Shown here one piece after another: positions 27,101-41,731 of a stretch of DNA of 64,000 nt. The stretch covers positions 22,072,001 to 22,136,000 of the forward strand of contig CM022667.1 in the NCBI GenBank assembly GCA_012295275.1, given 5' to 3'. This stretch comes from Chrysomallon squamiferum (lineage: Eukaryota > Animalia > Mollusca). Every line of letters begins with the position of its first letter. Positions within the stretch are counted from its first letter, which is position 1. Under the pieces are notes generated by a model. It saw only the letters and a program-made list of their open reading frames with translations, did not search any database and had not been told where the DNA came from. Both the position numbers and the translations under genes were made by a program.

Positions 27101-29324
27101 GTGGATTAACCACTTGAAAGTCTGAAATCTTACATAGTACATACTGTTTTAGATTTCTGAGGTTTTTCTCATCCCTTTGACTCTGAGAAAAACACTCCCT
27201 GGGACAGAAAATGAAACAGTTGTAGATGATGGGTGGTCTAAAGACAAAAATGTCAGTAGTGTCCAAGACAGATGGTTTGTATTTGCAAGGAAAAGTATAA
27301 AACATGTAATTTGACAGGTTAAGCATTTGGGTCTTGTCTGGTAAGAAAAGCCTTCAAATGTTAATGGTTTTTGGAATTCAATTAGGCCACAATAATGCAA
27401 CTCATTTAATTTTTTCTTTTTTTGTTACTATTATTATTATTATTCTTTTTTTTTTTAAAGGAATAAAAATGAAAACAAGAAATCAAAATAAAGCAGTAAA
27501 AATCTAACAATACTTATTTCAAAAACATAAATTTTAGTTACTGAAAATCATAAAGCAAATGATTAATATGTCTTGTTCTGACTTCATGGAAATCTCTGTT
27601 CTTTTCCTGTTTGAAGGCATTTCAGTATTTCTAACATAATAAATAACACAAGCAGTTAATTTTAGAAACAAAATTGCAAAGCACAAAATCCTGTAATATT
27701 TGTGTATGACTAAATATTTTATTATCACATTTATATATGAAAACAAATGAAATTTTGTAAGTAGTTGTCAGCTGACAAGTATTTGAAAAAAGCAGATGTT
27801 GCGATTTGAAGTGAAATCTCTGAAAAGTCATGTTATAGCAATTTTAATGTTTCTTTCTGTGAACAAGCCTCCTTCTTACTCAAAAATGTATTTTTTTCCT
27901 CTGCAATTATTGAATTCTGTTTATTCTTCCAAATGATTTTTTAGGTTGAAAAAGGTTGTCTCATAAAATCACAGAATATGATGATAAAGATTGCTGATAA
28001 TGTCAACTGTAATAAATTTGCCCATGATGATGATGTTGAATTTTTTATCATAATCCTTGTGAAGAAGATGAACTGTACTTTGCTGATTTGATATTAAATA
28101 ATAATAAAGTAACATTTAGTGGAGGGGTTATTAATATTACAATTGTTCAAAATGAACATTTTTAGAATAATAACATTACTTCCGACTGAAAATTCATAAA
28201 AATGTTAAATATATGATCACTACAGCAAACAATTCATCTGTTAGTTCCTCTGACCAAGGTGAAAACATTGTAAAGATATAGTAATACCCATTTTACAAGT
28301 ACACACTGATAAAAGCAATTATATTCACCATATTTCATGTTGTTTCAGTAAATGTTCTGTATAAAACTTTCAAAGATCATTTTCATGTTTATGTCTTATA
28401 ATTCTACCATATTACTGCAATAAACATAAAATCATACATTTTGGTATAATCTAAATTATCCTAATGTAAATTAACTGTGACTTCAGAAATATTTTACTGC
28501 ATAATAAAAATAGTCTCCACTACAGTATTAATCCTGCTTTATGTCATAATAATAAGGTTAAGAATACAAACATTATTTTCCAAACACAGACATCCTTTTC
28601 ACTGCTATCTAAAGCTTAATATTTCAAAAACATATATTATGATAAAGAAAAAAAATAAAGTTTCTAATAACACACAGTAGCATACAGTAATTTAAAGAAA
28701 AAAAAGAAAAGAAAAACCTCTCCTCTAACACCCCACAAAAATCACTAATAAATTTAGAAATCTTAAATAGCAAAAGGCATTAATCTAATAATTAATATGT
28801 ACCACCAGAAATATAGTCAGCCATTAATAAAAAAACTAATACCTTGCTTAACTGCAAAAAGGTACTTTGATGAGACAGTGTTGAATTTTAATACAAATAT
28901 AACTATATTTGTTTCACATTAATCATGGAATTGTATTTCTTTATAGTCCACAGATCTGGATTTACACTCACGAGAATATCTCAAAGCTAAGAAACCATGC
29001 AGTTTGAATTGGTTGCTGTCTGCTATAAATTGTCTGGGGTGTTTCATTTGTTGTACAAATCATCTGCTTTTATCTTTCTGCAATGTTTGCTGTGTATTAC
29101 AACCAGAAAATACATGGTATTTGCCTCACTCCCCAAAAGGCGTGTTTGTCTCTGGATATGAAGCCAGTATTTATGCAATGGATTTGGAATGATTAATAAA
29201 AAATAATAATAATCTAATTTCTTGCCTCCTTCTGGCCAGATTTATATCTGACAAGGTTACATTCCACCTTGGTATACATTTGTGCAGGGACAGTTAAATC
29301 TGTGTAAACTGAAAAATCTGTCAT

Positions 29325-29360
<36 letters not shown>

Positions 29361-29923
29361 TATCCATCTGTCTGTTTTTTTTAATAAACATTATTAACAC
29401 TTATTTTTATCAATTCTGTCAATGTTAGGTATGGGTTGTTTTAATTATTTAGTGTTATTTTAATCTTAATTTTTTTATTAAGTAATTCTTAATAAGAAAA
29501 AAAATGATCTTCCAGTAACAAACATTTTTGTGTTGAAAACGATCCTTTCATGGAATGTTGTCAAATCTGATCATTATTTCAGTTATATATATACTTTTTT
29601 TTTCACTACTAAATTTTTATATTTTATTACATATCTTTCTCTTCTTTTATTTTAATTAAGTTATTACTCAATAAAATAATTTCAAAAATAAACAATAGAT
29701 TTCAAAGAAAAAAAGAAGAAACAAAAGATCCTGTTCTGTAATGTCATATGCCATCCAATTTAATTAGTGTTCATAAAACAACATTATTTATCAAATGAAC
29801 AGAACCATGAACAACTAGCTAGTTTTTTTAAATTCATTGTTCCAGATTCCTTGCTGCAATCTCCAATGATGAAAAAAAAAAAAGAAAAAAGAAAGGACAA
29901 CCCCATACACAAACATAAAAACC

Positions 29924-30226
29924 TACTGTTCTCTAGTGTGTTACAATCTGTTCTCTACAGTGTTACATACTGTCTCTATTGTGTTATATACCATTTTCTA
30001 CTGTATTATGTACTGGAATGTGTTTCACACAGTCCTGTGTTACATACTGTAACATGTATAACACTCTACAGATTTATGTAAAGAACTCTACAGTATTATG
30101 TTCTGTACTCTACTGTAATATACACCGTACTGTGTTAAATACTGCTCAGTGTACTGCATAGTTCTACATTATATTCTGTATTGTATTATGTACTGTACTG
30201 TACTGTTAATATACTGCACTTTACTG
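29924..30226. repeat. Degenerate pentanucleotide (TACTG/TACAG-like) satellite
   Basis: Roughly 5-bp periodic TACTG/TGTAC/TATTG motifs, e.g. TACTGTACTGTACTGT near 30191. Confidence 0.55.
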
Positions 30227-30520
30227 CTAAAACGCCTTTGTATTGCTTGGTACAGAGCTATAAACAACAGTAACAACATAAAATTTAATACTGGTATACA
30301 GATTTAGAAAGAAAAATAAATTTCTCTAAAAAAATAATTTCAGACTAGCAAATTAAAATCTCAATAAATGTTAAAAATAATGATGACACAATTTAGCTGC
30401 ATCTTCACTGTTCTTCATTTATACAGGTATATTCAGATTTGGGGGGAATTAGATATAAATAACGTATTTTTAAAAACCCAACATTAATAAATTGATAATG
30501 TAAAAATTCAATGAACCTAC

Positions 30521-30582
30521 CTTCACTAAAAGCTGTTATAATGAACTTAAAACCTCTCCCTGTAGGACCTCCTTTATCAGAC
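30521..30582 (-). CDS. Exon 4 (62 nt): C-terminal end of the CUB domain, SDKGGPTGRGFKFIITAFSE
   Basis: Acceptor TTTTTTCTCCAG, donor GTAGGT; completes the CUB F-x-SD......GF signature; phase 2 in, phase 1 out. Confidence 0.93.
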
Positions 30583-31359
30583 CTGGAGAAAAAAGTAAAT
30601 CAGTTTTAAATGTAAATAAGTTAAATGTCAAAAGATTTAAATTCAAATGAAGCTGGAAAAAGTCCTAAATATTATCTCATAAACAAAAATATTTAAAAGA
30701 ACTAATACCCATGAATTATACCATGTTTGAATTTTCTGGGTCAAAACAGAGTTTATTTGTAACAGATTAAATTAAATGTACCTGTGGCTAAGAAAACAGT
30801 GAAATAGGTTTTCTTAATTTGGATAACAATTTGTGTCTTTAATTTATGTGTATAATACCACTATGAACAAAATCTAATAAAATGTAGGAATAAAAGTATC
30901 TCATTATGAAGATTTTTTTTCTTCTGCTTGTCACCGTTTTGCTTTGTTTCATTTTTTGTTTGTTTGTTTGTTTGTTTACTTTGTTGTTGTTTTTTGTTCT
31001 TTTGGGGGTTTTGTTGCTGTTGTTTTATCTTTCTTAAAGTAATGTGGAAAGCTCACCGAATCCTAACATCAATAATCTGAGACATCATACATCAGATATA
31101 ACAATACTAATTTGAGATTATCAAAATAACAATGTTCAAGGGTTTTTAGCCTAGTCTTGAAAAGTTTCGTCTCTATACCTGTGGTTAGTATGCAGCAAAT
31201 ATACCTCTATTACTCTGTATAAGAAAGGAAAAGCTTGTGTTAAGATACATTTTTGAAAAGCAAAAAGTTCACTGCTGAGGGATGAAATAACAGAACCACT
31301 TGAAACAGGAAGTATTTAGCTATTTCAATTTATTATTTTTATATTAATTTTTATTTGTA

Positions 31360-31405
<46 letters not shown>

Positions 31406-34400
31406 AAATTTAACCAATATTTTTAAAAAAACAATTTTAAAAATATAAAAGAAATAAAAAGAATTCCTGATCCTAACAACAACAACAAAAAAGAGTATCT
31501 CACGTAGGGCAATAATTTGCATTTTTCTACATATTATATATATTGAAGTGGGTTGTTGTTGTTGTTTTTATAAATTTAATGAATAAATGATAACCACTTT
31601 TTTCTTTCCTCTCTCAAATATATATACCTCCCTGTTTTCAAGAAAGAGTAAAAATGATTTTAAAAAGAATGGCTGAAGTTAAAAAAAACTGACTAATCCA
31701 TGTAATGCATATTTTCCCATTATGAATCTTTATTGCATATCATCTATACAAAAGTGTAGTAACAGACACAACATGTAGACAGTTTATGTTTGGAATGAGA
31801 TAGCCAAAAACATCAAAGAATTGTTTTGAAGACAACAACTTTATTTGCTGCAACAAACATTACTAACCCAGTTGAAGAAAAGAAACTATTTTCATAGGCA
31901 CAATAGTTAAGGACACGGAAAAAAAAAAGGGAAACAAAAGTTTGCTGTGGAATTCATTTTAGTATTAATTTACTTTTTTTTACAAACTTAGGAAGGAAAC
32001 AAGTATTTTATTTAATGACACTCAAAATACATTTAAGGTGTTTTTAATCAGGATCATATTTACATGTTAGGAGGAAATCCTTTCAATACATACAAAAAAA
32101 ATTCCATGCATTTTGAGACAAAAGAAGGACAATTTTATAATCATTATAATTTCAGTTTTAAAAGATTTCTTTTTTGTTATTTTAATCCCTTTCTGATGAC
32201 TGAAAACTGTTATTAATATTATTATTATTATTATTATTATTATTTATTTACTTGGTCTTTTATTCTTTTTCTTTGAGTAATAATATTTTACATTTTTAAA
32301 CTGTCTCCTCAGAAAATGTACAGTTTAATACAGCCTGCTGAAAACTTATTTACTGAATAATATGCTCTGAAATATTTATGATCTTTTCACATTCTTTTTT
32401 CAATATCAAAATAAGGTTTGAAACTGAAACAAGCATTTCAGTTATGATCTCTATACAGTAATAGACTACTGAAAAACAGAGTTTTTCATATTTGAATGAT
32501 AAAGGTTGTATTGTAAAATTATCTGCTCAGTGTTACAATCAATAATTATAAATCTATATAGTTTATAACAGTTATTTTACAAATCACATATATTTCATTC
32601 AAAATAATTTGTCTAAGTCAGTTTTTGATTCACCTTTTTATTTTGATTCTGGTAAATTTATCAAGCTACCTGTCACTAATCAAATGAACTGAAGCAGTAA
32701 AGTAGAAATAATTATTAGAATTAGAATAATGTAAGGACATTTTTTTTTAATATTTCTAAAAAAACTGACAGTGATACAGCATAAATTAATGATGTAATAT
32801 TTTATTTAAAAGAAAATAAGGTGAATGTATATAGATTTTTATGGATTCATGGCTATTGATACTGTAACACTTGTTCTGATAATTTATACAAAATTCACAA
32901 AGAATGCAAAAGGAGAAATATTTATCACTAAAATATAAAAAATAACATTAATAAAATCAATACCGTAAATAATAGTCATCACAAATTAAAGTGATCAAAT
33001 TTAAAAAATAGCCCCTGATCCTTTCTTATCATAATTCATTAATTAATAACAAAAATAACAAAAGTTGAAATGACATAATAACTTACTGTTCTGCTTATTC
33101 TAATCTCTGTAAAATATACAGAAAAATGTATGTTATAAAATTACATTTGTAAAACCTTCTTAGATAAAATCAAATTAGCCACAGATCACCATCAATTAAT
33201 CAAAATATCATTTGTATAACAGACAAGGAAATAAAAAAATGAAACCATTAGGCTTTTCTGTTTTGTTACATTTGTACTTAATAAAATTTGAATAAAAATA
33301 ATTTTTGTTCTAAGTTGTATTTATTATTATTATTATAATTGTTAATATTATTATCATGATTATAAAATAAAAATGTTCTTATATATTCATTAATTAACAC
33401 TTTCCTCCATGGTCATAACTATAGCTGAGCAGCATAATTTTGTGGTTCAAATAAAGAATTTTTTTATTTAATACATAATTAGCAAATTAATTCAACTAAA
33501 TAAAAAAATGTTTTATTTTTTATTTTTTTATTATTAATTTATCTATTAAGTTATTGTGATTTTGGAAAGAAAAATAGTTTTTTTTTAAATAAATAAACTT
33601 TTTGAGTATATAATCTGTGTCTGACATGAAACTGCCAAGCTTCCTGACATTAGCTTCATGCTTCATTAGCTCTGCCTGAAAACACTAGACTGCCAGTCCC
33701 CATACAGATTTGATGACATTAACCAGTTCTCACTTAGCCATAGCTTTAATCTACCTAAATGTATCAGATAAAAACCTAAAACAGAGGTTTTTAACACACA
33801 CACACACACACACTATCAACTATTGGGGATAAATAATAATAATAATAATAAAATGAAATATTGTATATAAATACACACAAATATTAAACATAAACAGATA
33901 TTATAATTATGACTAAGTCTCTTAAACAATGTTCAATATCTGAGTATCTTGCTAAAATTCAATTACTGGTCTTATATGTTTGAGTGGACTGAAAGGTTGT
34001 TACTACATCCCAAGAATAACTATAGTGAATAACATCCATAAATTAGCCCTAAGCAGATTCTCCAACAGTTATCATATTGTTTGATAACTGATAGCTAGCT
34101 GTTCATTAAAAAATATGCAGAGCTGTTATCAGACAAATAAAAGACCTTGTATGATCCGTTATGCATAAATTATTGAAATTCCTGGTTCTAATGACTTAAA
34201 TTACATATATCTGCTCGATGATGGTGATCTAATCATTTGCCTGGCTACTGACCTAAAACCACCATAAAACAGTGGGAATAAAATACATATTTCTGCTGTT
34301 AACCCAAAACTGCTTAATAAATATTCAGCATAAAATTGTAAAGAATAATTTAATAGAATAACTAACTTGCAAATAAATATAAGTATCACTTCTGCTTAAA

Positions 34401-34899
34401 TAATAACATCAAAATGTTATTATTTTATTTTATTTTATTTTATCATTAATTGCTTTTGGGTTTAGTTTCTGAGGTAATTTTATTACTTGATGGGAAGTTT
34501 TATTAAATTATTAGCAATTAGATAACCATAATCACACATACCCATGGTATTTTTTACATTGCATTCTATTAATTATCTTATATAATTTTTAAATGTGACT
34601 AATTTATTTTTAACCACAAATTTAACATGTTCACCATTATGTTTACATTTATTTTATTATGTTTACATTCATTTTAATATGTTTGAGTCCAGTCTTTTTA
34701 TATTTTAGTTTATTTGTTCAAACTGTAAAGCATGCTTGAACTTACTTACTATATAAATATGATATAATAATAATAATAATAATATAAAGGTGAATTAAAT
34801 TAATGTATTCTTAAAACAATTGCCAATCTTCATAATAAAACACGAGAAATAATAAAAAGATGAATGTGTACATATTTATTCCTTTTTTTCATTTCTATA

Positions 34900-34936
<37 letters not shown>

Positions 34937-36264
34937 AGGCAGTTGGACTGGATCTGCTCAACCTTCTGGTAAATTTATCTATTTTGTGCTTGACTTCTCT
35001 GACCCAAGAGAGTCAAGGCAGATTACTGGAGCCATTACATCAGTGCCGAGACAAGACAGAGCATAAATGATACTTACATGCAAAGACAATATCTCAGGAT
35101 TAATTTGCTTTTACGTAAACAGACTTAGTAAGCCAACAAAAGTACGTGTGTCTGCTTCTCAAAGGAACTAACCATCAATGCAGAAATTATCTGCCTGTAG
35201 TTTTGTTGGACATTCAATCTGACATCTGTAATATATATAAATATATTTTTTTATAGTAATACCCTTTTTTCTTTCTCTTTCAGTTTTTGAAAGTGTTTTT
35301 TGCTTTTAACAAAAGCAAACTCAAAATAAGTGGAAAGGTTTAAAATGATCATTTTTCTATTTCAGCCAGCTAGTGACCTGTTAGGAGATTCTTTATAAGA
35401 AAAAAGAAGAAAAAAAGAAAATAGGAAAAAAATAATGAATGAAAGAAAAAGAACTAGCAGCAAGTAAGTCTTCAAAAATCAATTACCTTTATGGTTATGT
35501 TGGAGATTCAGTTTCATGATTTGAATTTCTACTCAAAAAGCTCAGGTACTTATAAATTAGCAAAAACCTTTTTTAAAGTTTAATTTCTTTATTATTATTA
35601 TTTACTGATTAATGACTCCAATGGGAAATGGTCAAAATATTTTTTAATTCTATGTTAACTTTTCCAAGGTCAGGAAAACATGTACCATTAAATTAAGAGA
35701 TGCTTGTTGGAATGAAAATACAAACAAATACATGAATGCATACTATACATAAATATTCACTGCATATTTAATAGATAAATACAATATAAATATACAGTTA
35801 GCTAGACCAGCACTGTTTTGTGTGTACATTATCCTGCTGATACATATTTTGTTTTAGCTATCTAGATAAGGTCAAATAAATGAACAGCCGTCTAACAATG
35901 ATCATTTCTTTAACAAACAATGGAAATGTCTGAGGCACAAAGTAGCATTTGAGTGAACAGGAAAAATAAACTCTGACTGGGTACAGGAAACATTAGCTAT
36001 TTGAAAAGGTATCTGGATAATTGCTCCTCCCAGTGTTATACACATGTTAAACAAAACTCATTTCTTTGTTCTCTGGCATTTACATGAATAAAATTCACAC
36101 ATACATAATGTGTGTGTGTGTGTGTGTGAGTGTGTACTTATGTATATATAGATATAATCAGCTATTCAGTTTGTCAGAGATTTTTTTTAAGAATGTTTTT
36201 GAGATGAATTTTGTAGTTATTGTTCTTATACATAAAGTGGAAACATGTGGAATAAGTTCACTTC

Positions 36265-36452
36265 AAATAATAAAATATTAAATACTATCTAGTTCACAAG
36301 ACTTAACTTAGTGAAAATCATCATCATATACAGTTGACTTTTAAAGCTGTTAAAAAATAAAATAATAAAATATTAAATACTATCTAGTTCACAAAACTTA
36401 ACTTAGTGAAAATCATCATCATATACAGTTGACTTTTAAAGCTGTTAAAAAA
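36265..36452. repeat. Recent tandem duplication, 2 x 95 bp
   Basis: AAATAATAAAATATTAAATACTATCTAGTTCACAA(G/A)ACTTAAC...GCTGTTAAAAAA occurs at 36265 and 36360 with one internal substitution. Confidence 0.92.
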
Positions 36453-39400
36453 AAATTTGTCTTAGCAGACAGATTTATGGAAATAAAAATTAAGATTTTA
36501 TATGAAAAGAAAATCCAGAGATCAGCAAAGTTTGGATCTCAGGTGATCCTGCCTAAGGTCATTCAGAGAAAAGAAACACCAACTGATGCTGCAATGTCTT
36601 GGAAAAAATACAACAGCCTTCACCTCACATTGACTGTATTATCGACTGCATTACTTTGTCTTCTCCCCACAACCAGCATCTCGCAGAAACCGTGTCACAT
36701 GATCTGATTTTTTGACCCAAGAACAATTATTTTTTACAATGGTTGACTTTTAAATGTTTTCGCTAGATTGCACCAGTCAATAGTGTCTTGCACTGAGTAT
36801 ACTGAACGAAGATGACTAGGCGTGAGCAAACACAGCAGGGATTCTCATACAATGTTATTAATATGCAGTGTAATTTATTACAAAACAAAATCAAATTTAT
36901 TTTGAGATAATTTATAATCTAATCTAAGATGTTGTTTTCTATACAACTCATCAAAGTTTTCTTGGAATACAGCTTGGTTTCTGTTTTCAGTTTTTTGACT
37001 GTTCTATTGTTTGACTGTGACCCAGTTGTTTAAATGACACTGTTTTCTGTGATGAAACTATTACTATTTTCTTAGAACAATTTTAATCATTGCTTCTGTA
37101 ACTAAAAACAAGAAACTAGAAACAGACTAGAGATTACAAATCAAATGTACAGCTGGAAAATGAAAGTACATTATACACTTTTTATAAATTAAAGCAAATG
37201 GATTTATCTTATAACCTATTGCTCAACACAATGTAGCCTACTGACAGCAGTATAGCTACTATATTGAGAATATATGTACTATCACTGTTGTTTTTCATAA
37301 ATATGAAATATAATTATATTCATAAATAAAATTAAAGCATATTTTGTTAAGTAGTTTTCTAATATTCAATTATAATTTTCCCATCCAGGATGTGTAATAA
37401 TATTTGAAATTAGACATTGAAGCATACACCAAATGCAGATGCATAAGGAAAAAACAAAATCAAATGATAATTACTTTTGACAGATTGACTGATCGTGGAT
37501 GGATGGATTGATTTATTAGAAATTTGCATTTATTGTTTTAAAATTGTGAAGAAAAAAAAGAAAAAAGAGCCCACTTAAAACATAAGAAGCTAAATTATTT
37601 ACATAAGAAAGGATTACATTTAGTTAAGGATTTCAAAATGGTTATATGATAAGGACAGATGCTAGATGGTGCCACATGATGACAAATGATGTCAGATTTA
37701 AAAGTTTATACATTTCAAGTGTAAACATAGAAAATTAAAGTTGAACAGACAAAAACCTGTATGATTCAAATCTGTTCTTTCTTTTTCTAAAATGTTCTTC
37801 TTCTTTTTTCCCATCCCACTTTTTCTTTTCTTCTTCTTTTTGTTCACCCCTACTTTTGTTTCTTCTTCTATTGTTTTAATTAAATGATTCAAGAAACTTT
37901 GTATTGAGCAAATAACAAGCCCTTTTGTAGCCCTGTAAATTTCATAGTCTCTTGTACTTCTCTGGATTTATAATAACCAGCCACAAATAAAAGTTCTGAC
38001 ATGAAAATTGCCAATTCATTCTTGGCCACAAACATCAATCACAGCAAAGGAACTCTTCTGTGAACAAATTAAATATATAAATAATAATTATAAATGCAAT
38101 TTTCTGAAACAATTTTTATATACAATTTAAATAACTCTCAAATGTAAATGTAATAAATGAAATGAGTTTTATTTTTGATGAACAGATATTCTTTATGATC
38201 GAAACATTCATTAACAAAATAAATGTCAGAAAAGAAAACACTGAGTTCATTCTTCGAGTGAGTGTCAGAAATTTATTAAATTAAATATGGTAATGTAATG
38301 CTGCAGATTCCAAAAATTTTTTCATTGGCATTAAAAAGTGGCATTTTAGTTAATATTTGGAATGATAACATACAGATTATTATGAGGTTCATCTGATGAT
38401 TGCTTATTCTTAAAATAAAAACTTAGCTTTTTCAGTCAGTAAAAATACACCTTCTTGCCAATCAATATGACTTAAATATGATGCACTGTAAAACTAATAC
38501 CCTTTATCAACAGTGTATTGCTTTCTGGATGTTGCCCTTGCTAAAGGTTATATTTTTAAGTAAAGATCATCAAATTACGGCCATTTAAACAAATTGCATT
38601 TAATTCATGAACCAGATGATAAATGTTTGGAAAGAATGGAGTAATTCAAGAGAATTTAAACTGTAATAATTTTACTATAATCATTATCTGTACATAAAAA
38701 GCAAATAATATTTCCATTTTTGAAACACATATTCTTCCTGGAATAGCATGTCCATTATATTAGTGCCAATCAGTTTCTTGTACATTCAAGATAGTTCTTG
38801 TAGATTCATAGGAGAGAGATTTTCTTTTATTCATAAAGCCAGCTGAAAATTAAATTACTAGTTGTCTGACATCTTTACTTTCAAATTTCAATAGGTTATT
38901 TAAAGAACTGTCTACATGTTGTTTATTAGTGAAACATGTTCTTAACACAGAATAAATTATTAAATTGGTTGAAAATAAATATATTGTAAAATACAAAATA
39001 TGTTTTTTTCCTCTTTTTGTTTTTAATTATTTAATTTTTTAAATTATTTATTTAGTTAGTTATTTTGTAAGTTTTTTGTTTTTAAACAATATAAAAAAAA
39101 AGCAGTGAAATTTATTTTGGTGTGGAGATGATAAATTTGCTAAGTATAATATGCTTTATATATGAGTAAAATCTTTATAATTAGTTACTGAAATATTAGC
39201 TTTTCTGTTCAGATACAAGTATCCTCAACAATCTGTATCTAACATGAATTGCACTGCAGTCAGTGTAAAGAAATAAGTACAGTTAATAACAGACATCACT
39301 TTTTTAAATGTTTTTTCTTGCTTTCTGTTTTAAGTTTTTCTTTCTTTTTCATTTGTACTGTGAACAAATTAAAATTATCTTTGCCATCTCAATCCCAACA

Positions 39401-41685
39401 TTTAAAAACCATAAATCTCCCCAACATTTAAAAACAGTAAATCTACATTTATACAAGCTACTAATATACAAATTAATATATTTCTTATACATTTTAGAAG
39501 TGTATTTTGTTTTTCACTCAGTGTTTATTATTTCAGCATACCTCAGGTTTTTATTTGACTACAGCTTCAGACAGCATGCTCAAAGATTATCCTTCAATCT
39601 CTCTACATACAAAGACAAGAAGGATAAAAACAGAAAGAGGGAAGCATGCCATAAGTGAAAAGCAAATAAATGCTCTGGATGCAGCAAACACCTGAAGACA
39701 GACTGCTGTTGCAGAACTGGAACAGAGGTGATATTATGAACTTAATGTTGGTCTTTAGTCTCTTGACACTCGTGAAAACAAACATGTCAGCCACACACTT
39801 CTGGTGTCACAGTTATACACTTCTGTGTTTGCCATAGGCAGCTGCAGTTTAAAAATGTAAACACATTAAACAATTGAAAACAAACTTCTTAAGATGAAAA
39901 GTGTCAGGGCTTAGCTCAAAGCAGTGGGATGGCAACAGACATTTTTTTCCTCAGTCAGCATTTGTAATACATCCATATTCCTTTCTAAATAAAGATGTGG
40001 TATGGGTATAGTCTTTACCATGTTTTTATTTTCTATTTTCTAGCATTTGTAAAACTATTTTCTAAATAACAGGATAGACTACAGTTCTAAACAAAATTTG
40101 CTTAGTGGATCATAAAACCAAAATAAATAGCAAATATAAAAGAATATTACAAGAATAAAACAAAATCGTAATGATGGTATTTTTTAGGGCTGTTCTGTTG
40201 AAAAATATCCTATCCCCTAAATAACATTTAAACTTTAAATTAATTCATACTGAATAACATTGTCATTACATTCTACTCTGGTTCATTTACCTTGATTGTC
40301 ATCAAAACAGAGACACTGTATATTTTCTTTTTAATGTGTTTCTTTTTCTTTTTTCAATTTTTTTATATATATATTTTGCTTTTATATTAGTGGATTAAGT
40401 AATAAAAATTAAAAAAGTAATAAGTATTATTCAGAATAAAATTAAGAAATAATAAAAATCAATTAGGACCTTTCACTTCTAAGCAAGTTATTTTAAGAGC
40501 TAACAAACACAAAACAAAAAAGAAGGCTGAAAAAAGTACTTTCTTAAAGTATCTGTAAAATGTTCATGTACAGTGGCAGGATGGAGATCACATTTTAAAC
40601 ATCCGTGTCCTTAATCTGCTGCTGAGATAAAACCATTAACAGTAAAACTGACAGATTGCAATTAGATCAGGATGCAGGAACATAAATGAACACTACTGAT
40701 GGCATCTTTTGCTATTAAACTGGCAGGAAAAACTATATCTCTTCCTCATACTGTACCTACAATAAAATCTGATGGAGAGATGCAGATACAAAAGGTGTGG
40801 GTCCATAATAACAACAGTGTTGTGGCACTGGTTGAAGTAATAACATATAATAAATTCTAGTGTCAAAATATGATCCAGCTTAAAATAATAATTTAAATAA
40901 AAAAAATAAGACCTTTCTGTTGGAGTGATAAATAAATTATCTGTAATCAGACCAATGTGAAAGTGATATATTAACAGATTTCAAGTTATGGTCCTGTACT
41001 CAACATACAAGTTTCTTTTCAAGAATCTATGTCACATTATGTAAATTTAAAAATTGGTGTTACTGTATCGAATGAAATCTAAATATTACCAGCACTGGTC
41101 TTCTAATATTATTGAATGGTCACAGTGGAGATCATTCTTCAAAAGTATGGATTATACTGCAACAAGCTAAGAGTATCTCATTACTGTGTTTCTTTAAAAG
41201 GAAAAACATAAATCAACATGAGTAATTCATCCAAAATCTTTGACTATTTGTCACTTCTAGCTAATGTGGCAGTAACAGAACATTATGTATGACATTTACT
41301 CCAGCTTACACTGTAAATATCTGTTATAAGAATGCCCCTTAGAACCGTTATAGGACCTTACAAACTGATAGCTTCTAAAATGTCACTGTTAACAAAATAT
41401 CCTGAATGCAGGTAGTTTTTCAATTATTTAGAGTCCATATGTAGTATAGGATTATAGTACATTTGGAATATGATTAATGTGTGTATTCTATTTAAAAATG
41501 TTTCAAGGCAATTAAAACTTTGTAATCCTTTTACTCTTTATAGAAAATATAGCTCTAATGTGATGTCACTGCAGCAAAGGTCAGTAACAATCCCAATGCA
41601 TTTACTATTTAAAAAAAAATTTATTATAATGTCAGGGGAAAGAGTATTATTTTAATTTTAAACAACATAGAAAGCCTGAAGTGCA

Positions 41686-41731
<46 letters not shown>

